NCBI RefSeq assembly: GCF_000299365.1
Contig: NC_018655.1
Coordinates: 1,140,001 to 1,172,000 of the forward strand
Direction of reading: 5' to 3'
Length of the DNA: 32,000 nt
From: Candidatus Nitrosopumilus koreensis AR1
GTDB taxonomy: Archaea > Thermoproteota > Nitrososphaeria > Nitrososphaerales > Nitrosopumilaceae
Under the pieces are notes generated by a model. The model was not told where the DNA came from. It worked only from the letters and a program-made list of their open reading frames with translations, and did no database searches. Shown here piece after piece: positions 18,971 to 26,927 of this stretch. Position 1 is the first letter of the stretch. Each line of letters opens with the position of its first letter. The translations under genes were made by a program, and so were the position numbers.

Positions 18971-20887
18971 TTATCTCAGATTACGAAATTGATCTGGATT
19001 TGTGGTAGTTATAGTTATGAAGCTAGTTCCCTGACGCGGTTCACGATCACAAATAACATGTTCCCAGTGATTTTCAGGGATCCAATTTTTTAGTTCTGGA
19101 TCATAAACGAAATGAATTTTTGCCAAGTTTTTTTCATAGAAAAAATCTATTTTTTCTCTATCAGGTCCTGCAGGATTTCCTTCCGAAACTATTTCGATTG
19201 CAAAAGGTTTCAGATTTGTATAATTTGAGTAAAATTTGGGGACGTCCATTCTGTATAGTTTGGATTCATTCCTTTCAATGACTTCTTCTTTATAAAATGC
19301 CTCACGTACAAGTTTTACTCTGTCTTGAAGATAATAGTTAGAATTATCAACATTACAGAGTTCTTCATTTAGATACCATGAAGATTTTACAAGGGAATCA
19401 TATTTCCCAATATTCGTTACTTTAAGATCCCAATAGGTTCCTCCAAGGTCACCATCACGTTTGAATGGATGGATTTCATACTCAAGTTCCAGTTCAAAAT
19501 CCTGATACAGACTAGCTAACATCAAACCATTACTTCTTTCCAAGGCTTCCAAAATTTTTGACGTAGATTCACTTTCTCCAAGCATTTCTTCAGTTAATGA
19601 AACTAATGTTCCAGTAAGACTAAGAATAACAACTGTTGCTATAGCTGTCAATATAGCAGAGCCAACAAGAATTCTTTGAGTCCAAATGTTAGTGTTTTCT
19701 AAGGATTGGCTGGATTTTGTTTGAGCAAAACTTACAAGTTCTTTAAGATGTTCAGAAAGAATTTTGTATTGATTATTTAGAACGCCGTATTCTTCATCAA
19801 TAATTTTTGTATTTTTGTTAACATAATCTAATATATTGAAAAAAAATCCATAGTTTTTGGTAACAATATTTCCTCCAGTTATTGAGATTTCTGGACGTGG
19901 GAGTAAATCATGTTCAAGTGCACCTTCAACAAATTTTGAAATGTATCTTGTTTCATCAATAATACTAGAGAATTCTAAGAGAAAAGAGCTTTTTTCAATT
20001 AAAGGTGTGGGTCCAAAATCTTTTTTGGACAAAGTAATTTTTTCTTGAAATGTACTAATTTCTTTATTAAAAACATCTAGTTTCGTTTTCCATTTATGTA
20101 TCTGAGAAATTCTAAAATTTGTCCACAACCACAATAGTTGAGTTTCTAAGCTGTTTTCCATAGAAGATGAAAAAAACAGGTCTCCATCAAACAATTTTGA
20201 TTCTTGAGAAAACTCTAATTTTATAATCCATGAAAAATCATACCCATAATTAGAAAAAATTGATGCACCCTGAGCAATGACAGATATCTTATTAGCAAAA
20301 TATTCAGAAATTGAAATTAATCCACCGTAATTGACACCATATTTTCTCATGAAGGGTTTTTCTCGAAATTCTTTTGAAAATTCATCAGAAGTTTTATCAT
20401 GTTCAAGTTTACAGATTTCATCAAAATCAGGTGCTTCAAAATAGAAATTTACAAATCCACAGCCAGAATCAAACCTAAAATTATCTTTTGAATCAGAAAC
20501 AGCGCCAATTCCCATCCCTTTCCAAAATGACCAAAATCTCTTTCTCAAGGTTTCAATTTTTGTTCTGCTTTCATTAATTTCGCCAGATTCAATTTCTTCA
20601 ATAGTTTCTGAGGATAGAAATCCACTCATTTGGATAGTATGCATAAAGGAAAAACGTGCATAATTAATTACACGAATTTTTACTTCACTCATAAAAGAAA
20701 TGGATTCTGGGATTTCTGTTAGAGACCATTCTTGAAATGAGCCTCCACCCATAGGTCCGGTTTGAATCCAATTTGAGGATTTTGGGACTTCCCCATCAAT
20801 AATTTGTTTAATAGAATTATCGAGTTTGTTTTTTTCATTTTTGGTAACAAAATCTAAAATTGTGATTTTTCCTTTGCTTAATTTCAT
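18971..20887 (-). CDS. Uncharacterised 638-aa protein: ~400-aa N-terminal domain, single central TM helix, ~205-aa C-terminal domain
   Basis: Long uninterrupted ORF in AT-rich DNA. The only strongly hydrophobic stretch is ILVGSAILTAIATVVILSLTGTLVSL (about aa 405-431, nt 19595-19675). I see no P-loop or other catalytic motif. Confidence 0.65.
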   Translation of the reverse strand: MKLSKGKITILDFVTKNEKNKLDNSIKQIIDGEVPKSSNWIQTGPMGGGSFQEWSLTEIPESISFMSEVKIRVINYARFSFMHTIQMSGFLSSETIEEIESGEINESRTKIETLRKRFWSFWKGMGIGAVSDSKDNFRFDSGCGFVNFYFEAPDFDEICKLEHDKTSDEFSKEFREKPFMRKYGVNYGGLISISEYFANKISVIAQGASIFSNYGYDFSWIIKLEFSQESKLFDGDLFFSSSMENSLETQLLWLWTNFRISQIHKWKTKLDVFNKEISTFQEKITLSKKDFGPTPLIEKSSFLLEFSSIIDETRYISKFVEGALEHDLLPRPEISITGGNIVTKNYGFFFNILDYVNKNTKIIDEEYGVLNNQYKILSEHLKELVSFAQTKSSQSLENTNIWTQRILVGSAILTAIATVVILSLTGTLVSLTEEMLGESESTSKILEALERSNGLMLASLYQDFELELEYEIHPFKRDGDLGGTYWDLKVTNIGKYDSLVKSSWYLNEELCNVDNSNYYLQDRVKLVREAFYKEEVIERNESKLYRMDVPKFYSNYTNLKPFAIEIVSEGNPAGPDREKIDFFYEKNLAKIHFVYDPELKNWIPENHWEHVICDREPRQGTSFITITTTNPDQFRNLR

Positions 20888-20950
20888 ATTTGTATGAAAA
20901 TAATAATAGATTTAACTATTTTTTAAAAATTCAAATTTTCAGTAAAAATG

Positions 20951-21190
20951 TTAATTTTTTAGTCGCCTAAGAGATTCCCAAACCCCATAATGCTCCAATG
21001 TTTCAGTGTCATAGTTTTCTACAATTTTGGTCGAGCCAGTTCTCATATAATCCCCTAAAGATTCGGTGAATTGGATTTGATTTTTCAATAAATGTTGAAG
21101 ATCAGATACATGGATTTTCAATTCTTCCATTTCAGATTTTTCTACTCGCAGTTGTTGTATGAAGATTTCTTGTATTTGAGAAAAGATCAT
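20951..21190 (-). CDS. Hypothetical 79-aa helical protein at the island's right end
   Basis: ORF with heptad-like helical composition (IQEIFIQQLRVEKSEMEELKIHVSDLQHLLKNQIQ). A TATA-like AAATTAAAA inside the right inverted repeat lies about 25-30 nt upstream of its ATG. Confidence 0.45.
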   Translation of the reverse strand: MIFSQIQEIFIQQLRVEKSEMEELKIHVSDLQHLLKNQIQFTESLGDYMRTGSTKIVENYDTETLEHYGVWESLRRLKN

Positions 21191-21207
21191 AGTTAATTAT
21201 TCAATTT

Positions 21208-21227
21208 GCGTTTTAATTTACCGATAC
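21208..21227 (+). repeat. Right subterminal inverted repeat (20 nt)
   Basis: gcgttttaatttaccgatac matches the reverse complement of 15457-15476 at 19/20. Confidence 0.75.
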
Positions 21228-21238
21228 TTCTGGTATGC

Positions 21239-21256
21239 GTTTATCTTGGAATGTCA
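21239..21256 (+). repeat. Right copy of the 18-bp direct repeat (candidate attR or target duplication)
   Basis: Identical to 15432-15449. Confidence 0.85.
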
Positions 21257-21307
21257 ATTGTTGTAAGAAATTTGGTTGATTTTCATTCTTCAGAATTATG
21301 AATTAAT

Positions 21308-21367
21308 AGGGTCAGAGGTTTTAGTAGTGTAATCACGAGTCATACAGCCACCGTCTCATCATACCCC
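21308..21367 (-). ncRNA. Candidate C/D-box sRNA (about 60 nt)
   Basis: Minus strand reads GGGGU-AUGAUGA(C box)-GACGGUGGCUGU-AUGA(D'-like)-CUC-GUGAUUA(C'-like)-CACUACUAAAACCU-CUGA(D box)-CCCU. The 5' GGGG can pair with the 3' CCCU. It starts 1 nt after the stop of the upstream gene. Confidence 0.5.
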
Positions 21368-21368
21368 G

Positions 21369-21863
21369 TTATTCCATTAAATCAAGTAGACTTTGTACTT
21401 TATTTCTAATTTCTGAGTTAATTTTGACTACCACGAGTCCTTCATTTGGTTGACCGTACAATACAACAGAATTTTCAGGAGCATGAATACAAACGGGCAA
21501 TACCAAAAGGTCTTCTTCACCAGTTACAAGAATTCGTATTGGAGTTTTCATCAAAAATGCCTTTTTGATTACATCAATACTTTGAGAAGTGATTTCGGCA
21601 GGAGGGTTATCAACAGTTATCTCAGTTGCGTTTGCAAGTTTTGGCGGTTCTCGTTTTTCTCTTTTTTCGATACCATCTACAATCTGTAATGATGGAATTA
21701 AATCAAAACCAATCATCTTTTCAGTGGTTCTATCACCAACTGTAATGATGTAGGAATTTTGCTCAATATGTTTGAGAATATTTTCTTTGTTTGATTGACT
21801 TTCAGGTATAAGAGTACCCAAAGGGATTTTCATTTGTTCTCTTAGAGAGTCAGGTAACTTCAC
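21369..21863 (-). CDS. DUF359 family protein (archaeal GTP-dependent dephospho-CoA kinase family)
   Basis: 164 aa. ITVGDRTTEKMI...LQIVDGIEKR...ILVTGEEDLLVLPVCIHAPENSVVLYGQPNEGLVVVKI matches the DUF359 pattern. Confidence 0.8.
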   Translation of the reverse strand: MKLPDSLREQMKIPLGTLIPESQSNKENILKHIEQNSYIITVGDRTTEKMIGFDLIPSLQIVDGIEKREKREPPKLANATEITVDNPPAEITSQSIDVIKKAFLMKTPIRILVTGEEDLLVLPVCIHAPENSVVLYGQPNEGLVVVKINSEIRNKVQSLLDLME

Positions 21864-21874
21864 AAAAATCGATT

Positions 21875-23032
21875 CTAGTTTGTACTTGCCTCTGGAGCAG
21901 ATTCTTCATTAGAGCCTTCAGACTCTACCTCTTCTTGGAGTTTTGCTGCAAGTATACTGCATTGTGCTGCAATATTCTTTGCGGCAATTCTAAATGCAAC
22001 AGAACTTGGAGAATCAGGGTTTGTAATCATGATTGGTTTTCCAACATCAGAACCAGACATAATTCCAGAGTTTAATGGAATTTCACCTAAGAAAGGCATG
22101 TTAAACTGTTCACTAATTTTCTTTGCACCACCATCACCAAAGATGTAATGTTTTTCATCACAATTAGGACAGATAAAATGACTCATGTTTTCAACAACAC
22201 CGATAATTGGAACATTTAGTTTTTCAAACATTCCAATTGCTTTTACTGCAACATTACTTGCAACATCTTGGGGTGTAGTGACTACTAAAATTCCGGTAAT
22301 AGGAATTGTTTGTGCAAGAGTTAATGGAATATCACCAGTTCCAGGAGGAAGGTCCACAATAAGATAGTCCAAGTCAGACCAGTTTGTATCAACTAGAAAT
22401 TGTTTGAGAATGCCTGAAATAATTGGGCCACGATAAATTGCTGCTTGATGAGCTTGTTCGGCAAAGAAACCAAAGGAAACAACTTTGAGACCATTTGATT
22501 CTGCTGGTTGAAGTTTGTTATCTTCAACTTCCATAAAGCCATCTTTCATTCCGAGCATCAGAGGGATACTTGGACCATAAATGTCAGCATCTAGCAATCC
22601 AACTTTAGCACCTGTTTGTTGTAATGCCAAAGCTAAGTTCAGTGATACTGTTGATTTTCCTACGCCGCCTTTTCCACTTGCAACACCGATAATGTTTTTG
22701 ACGGTAGCCATTCCAGTGTCGGCATCAAGTGAGCGTCCTTCCATTACTTTTGCAGTCACGTTCATGTCAAAATTTTTCACGCCAAGTTCATCAATTGCTT
22801 TTCTTACATCCTCTTCAATTTCGGCGTTAAATGGACATGCAGGGGTAGTTAATTCTAAGGTAAATTTCAAATTTCCGTCGTTAAGTTCCAAGTCTTTAAT
22901 CATCCCCATTGATACAATGTCTTTTTTCAAATCAGGATCAATGACAGTACTGAGTTTTTCAAGGACTTGATCTATTCCAACCATTGCGTCAAAAAACCCG
23001 TTTACTTTATTTAAACATAAGTCGATGACCAA
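21875..23032 (-). CDS. mrp: Mrp/NBP35/ApbC-family Fe-S cluster carrier ATPase with an N-terminal DUF59 domain
   Basis: Deviant Walker A SGKGGVGKST, a CPNC cysteine pair, and DUF59-like IDPDLKKDIVSMGMI. The likely start is ATG 22984 (MVGIDQV). Confidence 0.9.
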   Translation of the reverse strand: MVIDLCLNKVNGFFDAMVGIDQVLEKLSTVIDPDLKKDIVSMGMIKDLELNDGNLKFTLELTTPACPFNAEIEEDVRKAIDELGVKNFDMNVTAKVMEGRSLDADTGMATVKNIIGVASGKGGVGKSTVSLNLALALQQTGAKVGLLDADIYGPSIPLMLGMKDGFMEVEDNKLQPAESNGLKVVSFGFFAEQAHQAAIYRGPIISGILKQFLVDTNWSDLDYLIVDLPPGTGDIPLTLAQTIPITGILVVTTPQDVASNVAVKAIGMFEKLNVPIIGVVENMSHFICPNCDEKHYIFGDGGAKKISEQFNMPFLGEIPLNSGIMSGSDVGKPIMITNPDSPSSVAFRIAAKNIAAQCSILAAKLQEEVESEGSNEESAPEASTN

Positions 23033-23133
23033 AAGAAATTGTCAATATTTTTCGAAAATTAGCAAAATCTTTGGAAAAACATGCCCAAATTACCCAAAGA
23101 TTCATAAATTGAAATTCAAGAAAAACAGCACAG

Positions 23134-23730
23134 TTGTTTTCTATATCTACCCTAGTTGATGTTGTCAGGATTCCTCCAAGCTTATTTGGAACCACACTCA
23201 AAAAGGCAGCTGTAAACATTCTCAAAGAAAAATACGAGAGTATGATTAACGCCGATTTAGGATACATCATCATGATTTTAGATGCCAAAGTCGATGAAAT
23301 GGGAAAGATGATTGCAGGCGATGGCGGAACATTCCATAGAGTTCAATTTGAAGCATTAACATTTTATCCAAAATTACAAGAAATTGTACAAGGAGAGATT
23401 GTAGACATTACAGACTTTGGTGCATTTGTCAGAATTGGTCCAACAGATGCATTACTTCATTTATCACAAGTTATGGATGATTATCTCAAGAGTGATGTGA
23501 AATCTGGAATGATTTTAGCTAATCAAAGTGGAAGAACATTAAAAGTTGGTTCTACACTTCGCGCAAGAATTACTGCAGTATCATTAGGCAAAGCAGCCGC
23601 AATGGGAAAGATCGGAATCACATGCAGACAACCATTCCTTGGCGCAGACGAATGGATTGAAGAAGAGATTAAGAAATCTTCTGGCGATGCAGAAGAACCA
23701 GCAAAAGAAGCTAAAGTAGAGGCAAGTTAA
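23134..23730 (+). CDS. rpo7: DNA-directed RNA polymerase subunit Rpo7 (E')
   Basis: 198 aa with a TTG start. N-terminal Rpb7-like fold (LVDVVRIPPSLFG) plus an S1 domain (GEIVDITDFGAFVRIGPTDALLHLSQV). Confidence 0.88.
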   Translation: MFSISTLVDVVRIPPSLFGTTLKKAAVNILKEKYESMINADLGYIIMILDAKVDEMGKMIAGDGGTFHRVQFEALTFYPKLQEIVQGEIVDITDFGAFVRIGPTDALLHLSQVMDDYLKSDVKSGMILANQSGRTLKVGSTLRARITAVSLGKAAAMGKIGITCRQPFLGADEWIEEEIKKSSGDAEEPAKEAKVEAS

Positions 23731-23731
23731 G

Positions 23732-23920
23732 ATGGCACGAGAAATGGCATGTAGAAAATGCAAGTATGTGACAGTGGGTAAAGTTTGTCCAGTATGCAAA
23801 TCATCAGATTTGACGCCAGATTGGAGTGGGGTTGTACTAGTAGTAGACCCAACAAATTCTGAAATCTCAAAAACTCTAGGCATTACTCAAAAAGGCAAGT
23901 ATGCAATCAAAGTAACATAA
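23732..23920 (+). CDS. spt4: Transcription elongation factor Spt4 (RpoE'')
   Basis: 62 aa. Zn ribbon CRKC...CPVC, then DWSGVVLVVDP..S.I. It starts 1 nt after the rpo7 stop, which is the canonical archaeal pairing. Confidence 0.88.
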   Translation: MAREMACRKCKYVTVGKVCPVCKSSDLTPDWSGVVLVVDPTNSEISKTLGITQKGKYAIKVT

Positions 23921-23960
23921 AACTTCTAAATCTTTAAAATCAAACTTACATTTTATCATA

Positions 23961-24776
23961 ATGTTGTCATTTAATTCAAAAAAACAATTATCACAATTTT
24001 TAGCAGAAGACATCGGTAAAGGAGATATTACTAGTGCACTTTTACCAAAGAAAAAAGTCACAGTTAGAATAATTTCACGAGAATCCGCAATTGTGGGAGG
24101 GGCAACATACGCAAAAACTATTTTCAAAATTAAAGGATGTAATGTAAAAATTTTGAAAAAGGATGGCTCAAAAATACGACCAAATCAAACAGTTATGATC
24201 ATTTCAGGAGATGCTGGAAAAATTTTGATGTGTGAGAGAACAGCACTTAATCTTTTAACAAGAATGAGTGGAATTGCAACTCAGACAAATGAACTTGTAA
24301 AAAAAATTCCAAAAAAAACAAAAATCTATGCCACAAGAAAGACAGCCCCAGGACTACGATACTTTGACAAAGAAGCAGTAGAGATAGGAGGAGGTAAAAA
24401 ACATAGATTAAGATTAGACGAAATGGTTATGATTAAAGACAATCACATCGCAGTTGATTCTCTAGAGTCACTAATTAAAAAAGCCAAGAAAAAACACAAA
24501 AAATTTGAGGTCGAGGTTGAAAACACTACAGATGCAGTACTTGCTGCAAAAGAAGGGGCAACAATAATCATGTTAGACAACTTCTCTCCAAAACAAATCA
24601 AAAAGACAATACAGGTTCTCAAAAATCATAAATTACGAAAAAATATCCTGCTTGAAGCATCTGGAGGAATTAATTCAAAAAATATTTCCACATATGGACA
24701 AACAGGAGTAGACATCATTTCAGTTGGAAGTATTACAAACTCTGTTAAAGGAATTGATATGAGTTTGGAAGTCTAA
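23961..24776 (+). CDS. nadC: Nicotinate-nucleotide pyrophosphorylase (quinolinate phosphoribosyltransferase)
   Basis: 271 aa. ERTALNLL.RMSGIAT, TRKT.PGLR, MIKDNH, IMLDNF and EASGGI motifs. Confidence 0.9.
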   Translation: MLSFNSKKQLSQFLAEDIGKGDITSALLPKKKVTVRIISRESAIVGGATYAKTIFKIKGCNVKILKKDGSKIRPNQTVMIISGDAGKILMCERTALNLLTRMSGIATQTNELVKKIPKKTKIYATRKTAPGLRYFDKEAVEIGGGKKHRLRLDEMVMIKDNHIAVDSLESLIKKAKKKHKKFEVEVENTTDAVLAAKEGATIIMLDNFSPKQIKKTIQVLKNHKLRKNILLEASGGINSKNISTYGQTGVDIISVGSITNSVKGIDMSLEV

Positions 24777-25393
24777 TCATATCTAGGGAGTTTTCCGAAG
24801 TCATCAAAACTGTTCTGAACATTAGAATCTGCAAACCCATATTTGATGTTAAGATCTTCATTAATCTGAATCATCTCAACGCGCGTAAGTGATGCATATT
24901 TAACAAATTCTTTTAATGCATCATGATAAGTTCCGCCATTATCAAGAACCATTTGCTTTGCAGCACGTGCAATCTGCACTTTGTTATCAACATAGTTGAA
25001 TTGATCCCAATAGATTCCATGGTGAGTGGCATTTATGCCACCAAGAAAAGTAGCAAATGCATTTCTTGGCGTATAAGACTCATAATCTTTATTCATCCTA
25101 TCAAGTTGTTTTCGAAGAATTTCTTGAGAAAGTTTTCGCTGTTCATCAATTGCCAACTGTTCGGGCGTCTTTGTCAGAATCTTTCCTGCTTGAAGTTCTT
25201 TTAGAATTTGTTTTGATTGTTTTATTTTTTCTAACATTTGTTTTGCAACAGAACTATTGTTAATCTCGTCACCTGAAATTGATGTATACTCAAACTCAGA
25301 GGGATTAGTTTGTGCAAATGCATAGCTACTTGAAAATACCATTAAAGAAAATATTGCAGCAACTGCTAACTGCATTGTAATCTTTTGCCCCAC
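24773..25393 (-). CDS. Hypothetical secreted protein
   Basis: 206-aa ORF; the probable start is ATG 25375. Signal-peptide-like MQLAVAAIFSLMVFSSSYAFA. No family recognised. Confidence 0.55.
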   Translation of the reverse strand: MGQKITMQLAVAAIFSLMVFSSSYAFAQTNPSEFEYTSISGDEINNSSVAKQMLEKIKQSKQILKELQAGKILTKTPEQLAIDEQRKLSQEILRKQLDRMNKDYESYTPRNAFATFLGGINATHHGIYWDQFNYVDNKVQIARAAKQMVLDNGGTYHDALKEFVKYASLTRVEMIQINEDLNIKYGFADSNVQNSFDDFGKLPRYD

Positions 25394-25468
25394 AGATAAA
25401 AAAAATTAGAACTTATTTACCAGATACTTGTGATTTCATAGTAAATCTTATTACCTATAATTCAATAA

Positions 25469-25873
25469 TCATGAGATCTTTAACTCAGATAAAAGGGCTG
25501 AAACTGACTTGTTTTTTGGATCAACTTCTTGTATTTTTTCACAGCATTGAATTGCTCTTTTGTTTTCACCTAATTTTTGATGCGAATATGCTTTCAAAAG
25601 TAGGACATCCACATCATAAGAAGCAATTTCAAGTGCCTTATCGAAATAAGATACGGCAGTTTTGTACTTTTTTTTCAGATAATAAATTCCACCTACAGTA
25701 AACAATGCGTCATGATTATTTGGCACCATTCTCAGATATTCTGTACCGGATTTTAGAGCTTCGTCATATTTTTTTTGTTTTGCAAGTTTTTTAAATTCTT
25801 TAAATTTTTCAGCATTTCTTTTTTGATTAGGATCCTTAGGAGTTCTACTGAATAATCCAACCAAAATAATCAC
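25469..25873 (-). CDS. TPR repeat protein
   Basis: 134 aa with a GTG start. Repeated A..YF.KAL / A...Y.KAL-type TPR helices (YDEALKSGTEYL, YKTAVSYFDKALEI, NKRAIQCCEKIQEVDP). Confidence 0.7.
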   Translation of the reverse strand: MIILVGLFSRTPKDPNQKRNAEKFKEFKKLAKQKKYDEALKSGTEYLRMVPNNHDALFTVGGIYYLKKKYKTAVSYFDKALEIASYDVDVLLLKAYSHQKLGENKRAIQCCEKIQEVDPKNKSVSALLSELKIS

Positions 25874-25878
25874 ACAGT

Positions 25879-26834
25879 TTAGCTTATTGCAAGCATTCTA
25901 TCAATTGCTAAACGAGCCTTGTCTGCAATTTCTTTTGGAACAGTAACAATATTTTTTTCATTTACAAGTGCATCATACACTTTTTCAAGTGTGATCATTT
26001 TCATGTACTGGCATTCAGCTTTTTCTGAGGCAGGAATGAATTTTTTATCTGGATTTTGTTGTCTCATTTTATATAAAATTCCAGTTTCAGTTGCAACAAC
26101 AAAGTTTTTAGCTTTTGATTCTTTCACATGATTTAACATTCCCTCAGTAGAAAGAATGGAAACTTTTTGATCATCAAAACTTCCATCTGCAACATCATAC
26201 ATCATAGGAGTTGTACAACTACATTCAGGATGAATTACAAATTCAGCATCTTTCATTGAATTTAATTTTTTGTTACATCTTCAGGGGTAATACCGGCATG
26301 AACATGACATTCTCCTGCCCATATGTGCATATTTTTTCTACCAGTCATCTTTGCAACATAAGAACCCAAAAACATATCAGGCAAAAATAGAATTTCTTTG
26401 TCTTCAGGAATTGCTTTAACTACATTTACTGCATTAGAAGATGTACAACAATAATCAAGTTCTGCTTTAATCTCTGCAGTAGTGTTAACATATCCAACTG
26501 CAATTGCGCCAGGATGTTGTTTTTTCCAATCTCTTAATTCATCCACAGTAATTGAATCAGATAGGGAACATCCTGCTTCTAAATCAGGCAAGATTACTTT
26601 TTTTTGAGGGCTGATAATTGCAGCAGTTTCAGCCATAAAGTTTACACCACAAAAGAGAATTGTCTTTTGGGAAACATTTGCTGCTTGTCTTGATAAACCT
26701 AAAGAGTCACCTGTAAAATCTGCCACATCTTGAACTTCAGGGATTTGATAATTATGAGCAAGAATTACTACATCCTTTTCATTTTTGAGACGTTCAATCT
26801 CTTCTTTTATTTTGGAGGTTTGTTGTACGAGCAT
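25879..26834 (-). CDS. nadA: Quinolinate synthase NadA, split into two ORFs (26262..26834 and 25879..26256) by a frameshift in a poly-A run
   Basis: The N-terminal part has [18 protein letters not shown] and [14 protein letters not shown]. The C-terminal part has [13 protein letters not shown] and VATETGILY. The frames join as ..[21 protein letters not shown] if the A6 run (plus-strand T run 26266-26271) is A7. Confidence 0.88.
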
Positions 26835-26927
26835 AAACCATTGAAAATTTGAGCAGTAGGGATTTAAAGAATGGGATCGCGCCCAGAATTCTCATGTATG
26901 TTGACAATAGTGGCAATAATTGCCATG

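Larger units (their letters stand above)
15432..21256. mobile_element. Putative integrated element or genomic island (about 5.8 kb) delimited by 18-bp direct repeats with subterminal inverted repeats
   Basis: GTTTATCTTGGAATGTCA occurs at 15432-15449 and 21239-21256 (18/18). gtatcggtaaaataaaacgc (15457-15476) is the reverse complement of gcgttttaatttaccgatac (21208-21227) at 19/20. All five enclosed ORFs are orphans to my eye, and the flanks are core genes. Confidence 0.45.

Noticed and set aside
18911-19093. 60-aa plus-strand ORF bridging the intergenic gap and the 3' end of the 638-aa gene
   Set aside because: It overlaps the convergent end of a much longer ORF, has odd composition and has no upstream promoter-like element. 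It is likely spurious.
15543-21190. An integrase, transposase, Cas1/casposase or PolB inside the island
   Set aside because: None of the five ORFs shows a tyrosine or serine recombinase, DDE, Cas1 or polymerase motif that I can recognise by eye. The element is therefore reported only as putative or non-autonomous.
21257-21368. A tRNA gene as integration target next to the island's right end (also checked 15419..15542)
   Set aside because: I found no GC-rich cloverleaf-compatible sequence and no acceptor or T-arm pattern. The only structured-RNA-like signal is the C/D-box candidate reported separately.
26871-26900. GC-rich near-palindrome (gggatcgcgccca) between nadX and nadA as a possible regulatory hairpin or RNA gene
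   Set aside because: It offers only about 4 bp of pairing, too weak to call. It may simply be part of the nadA promoter or leader.
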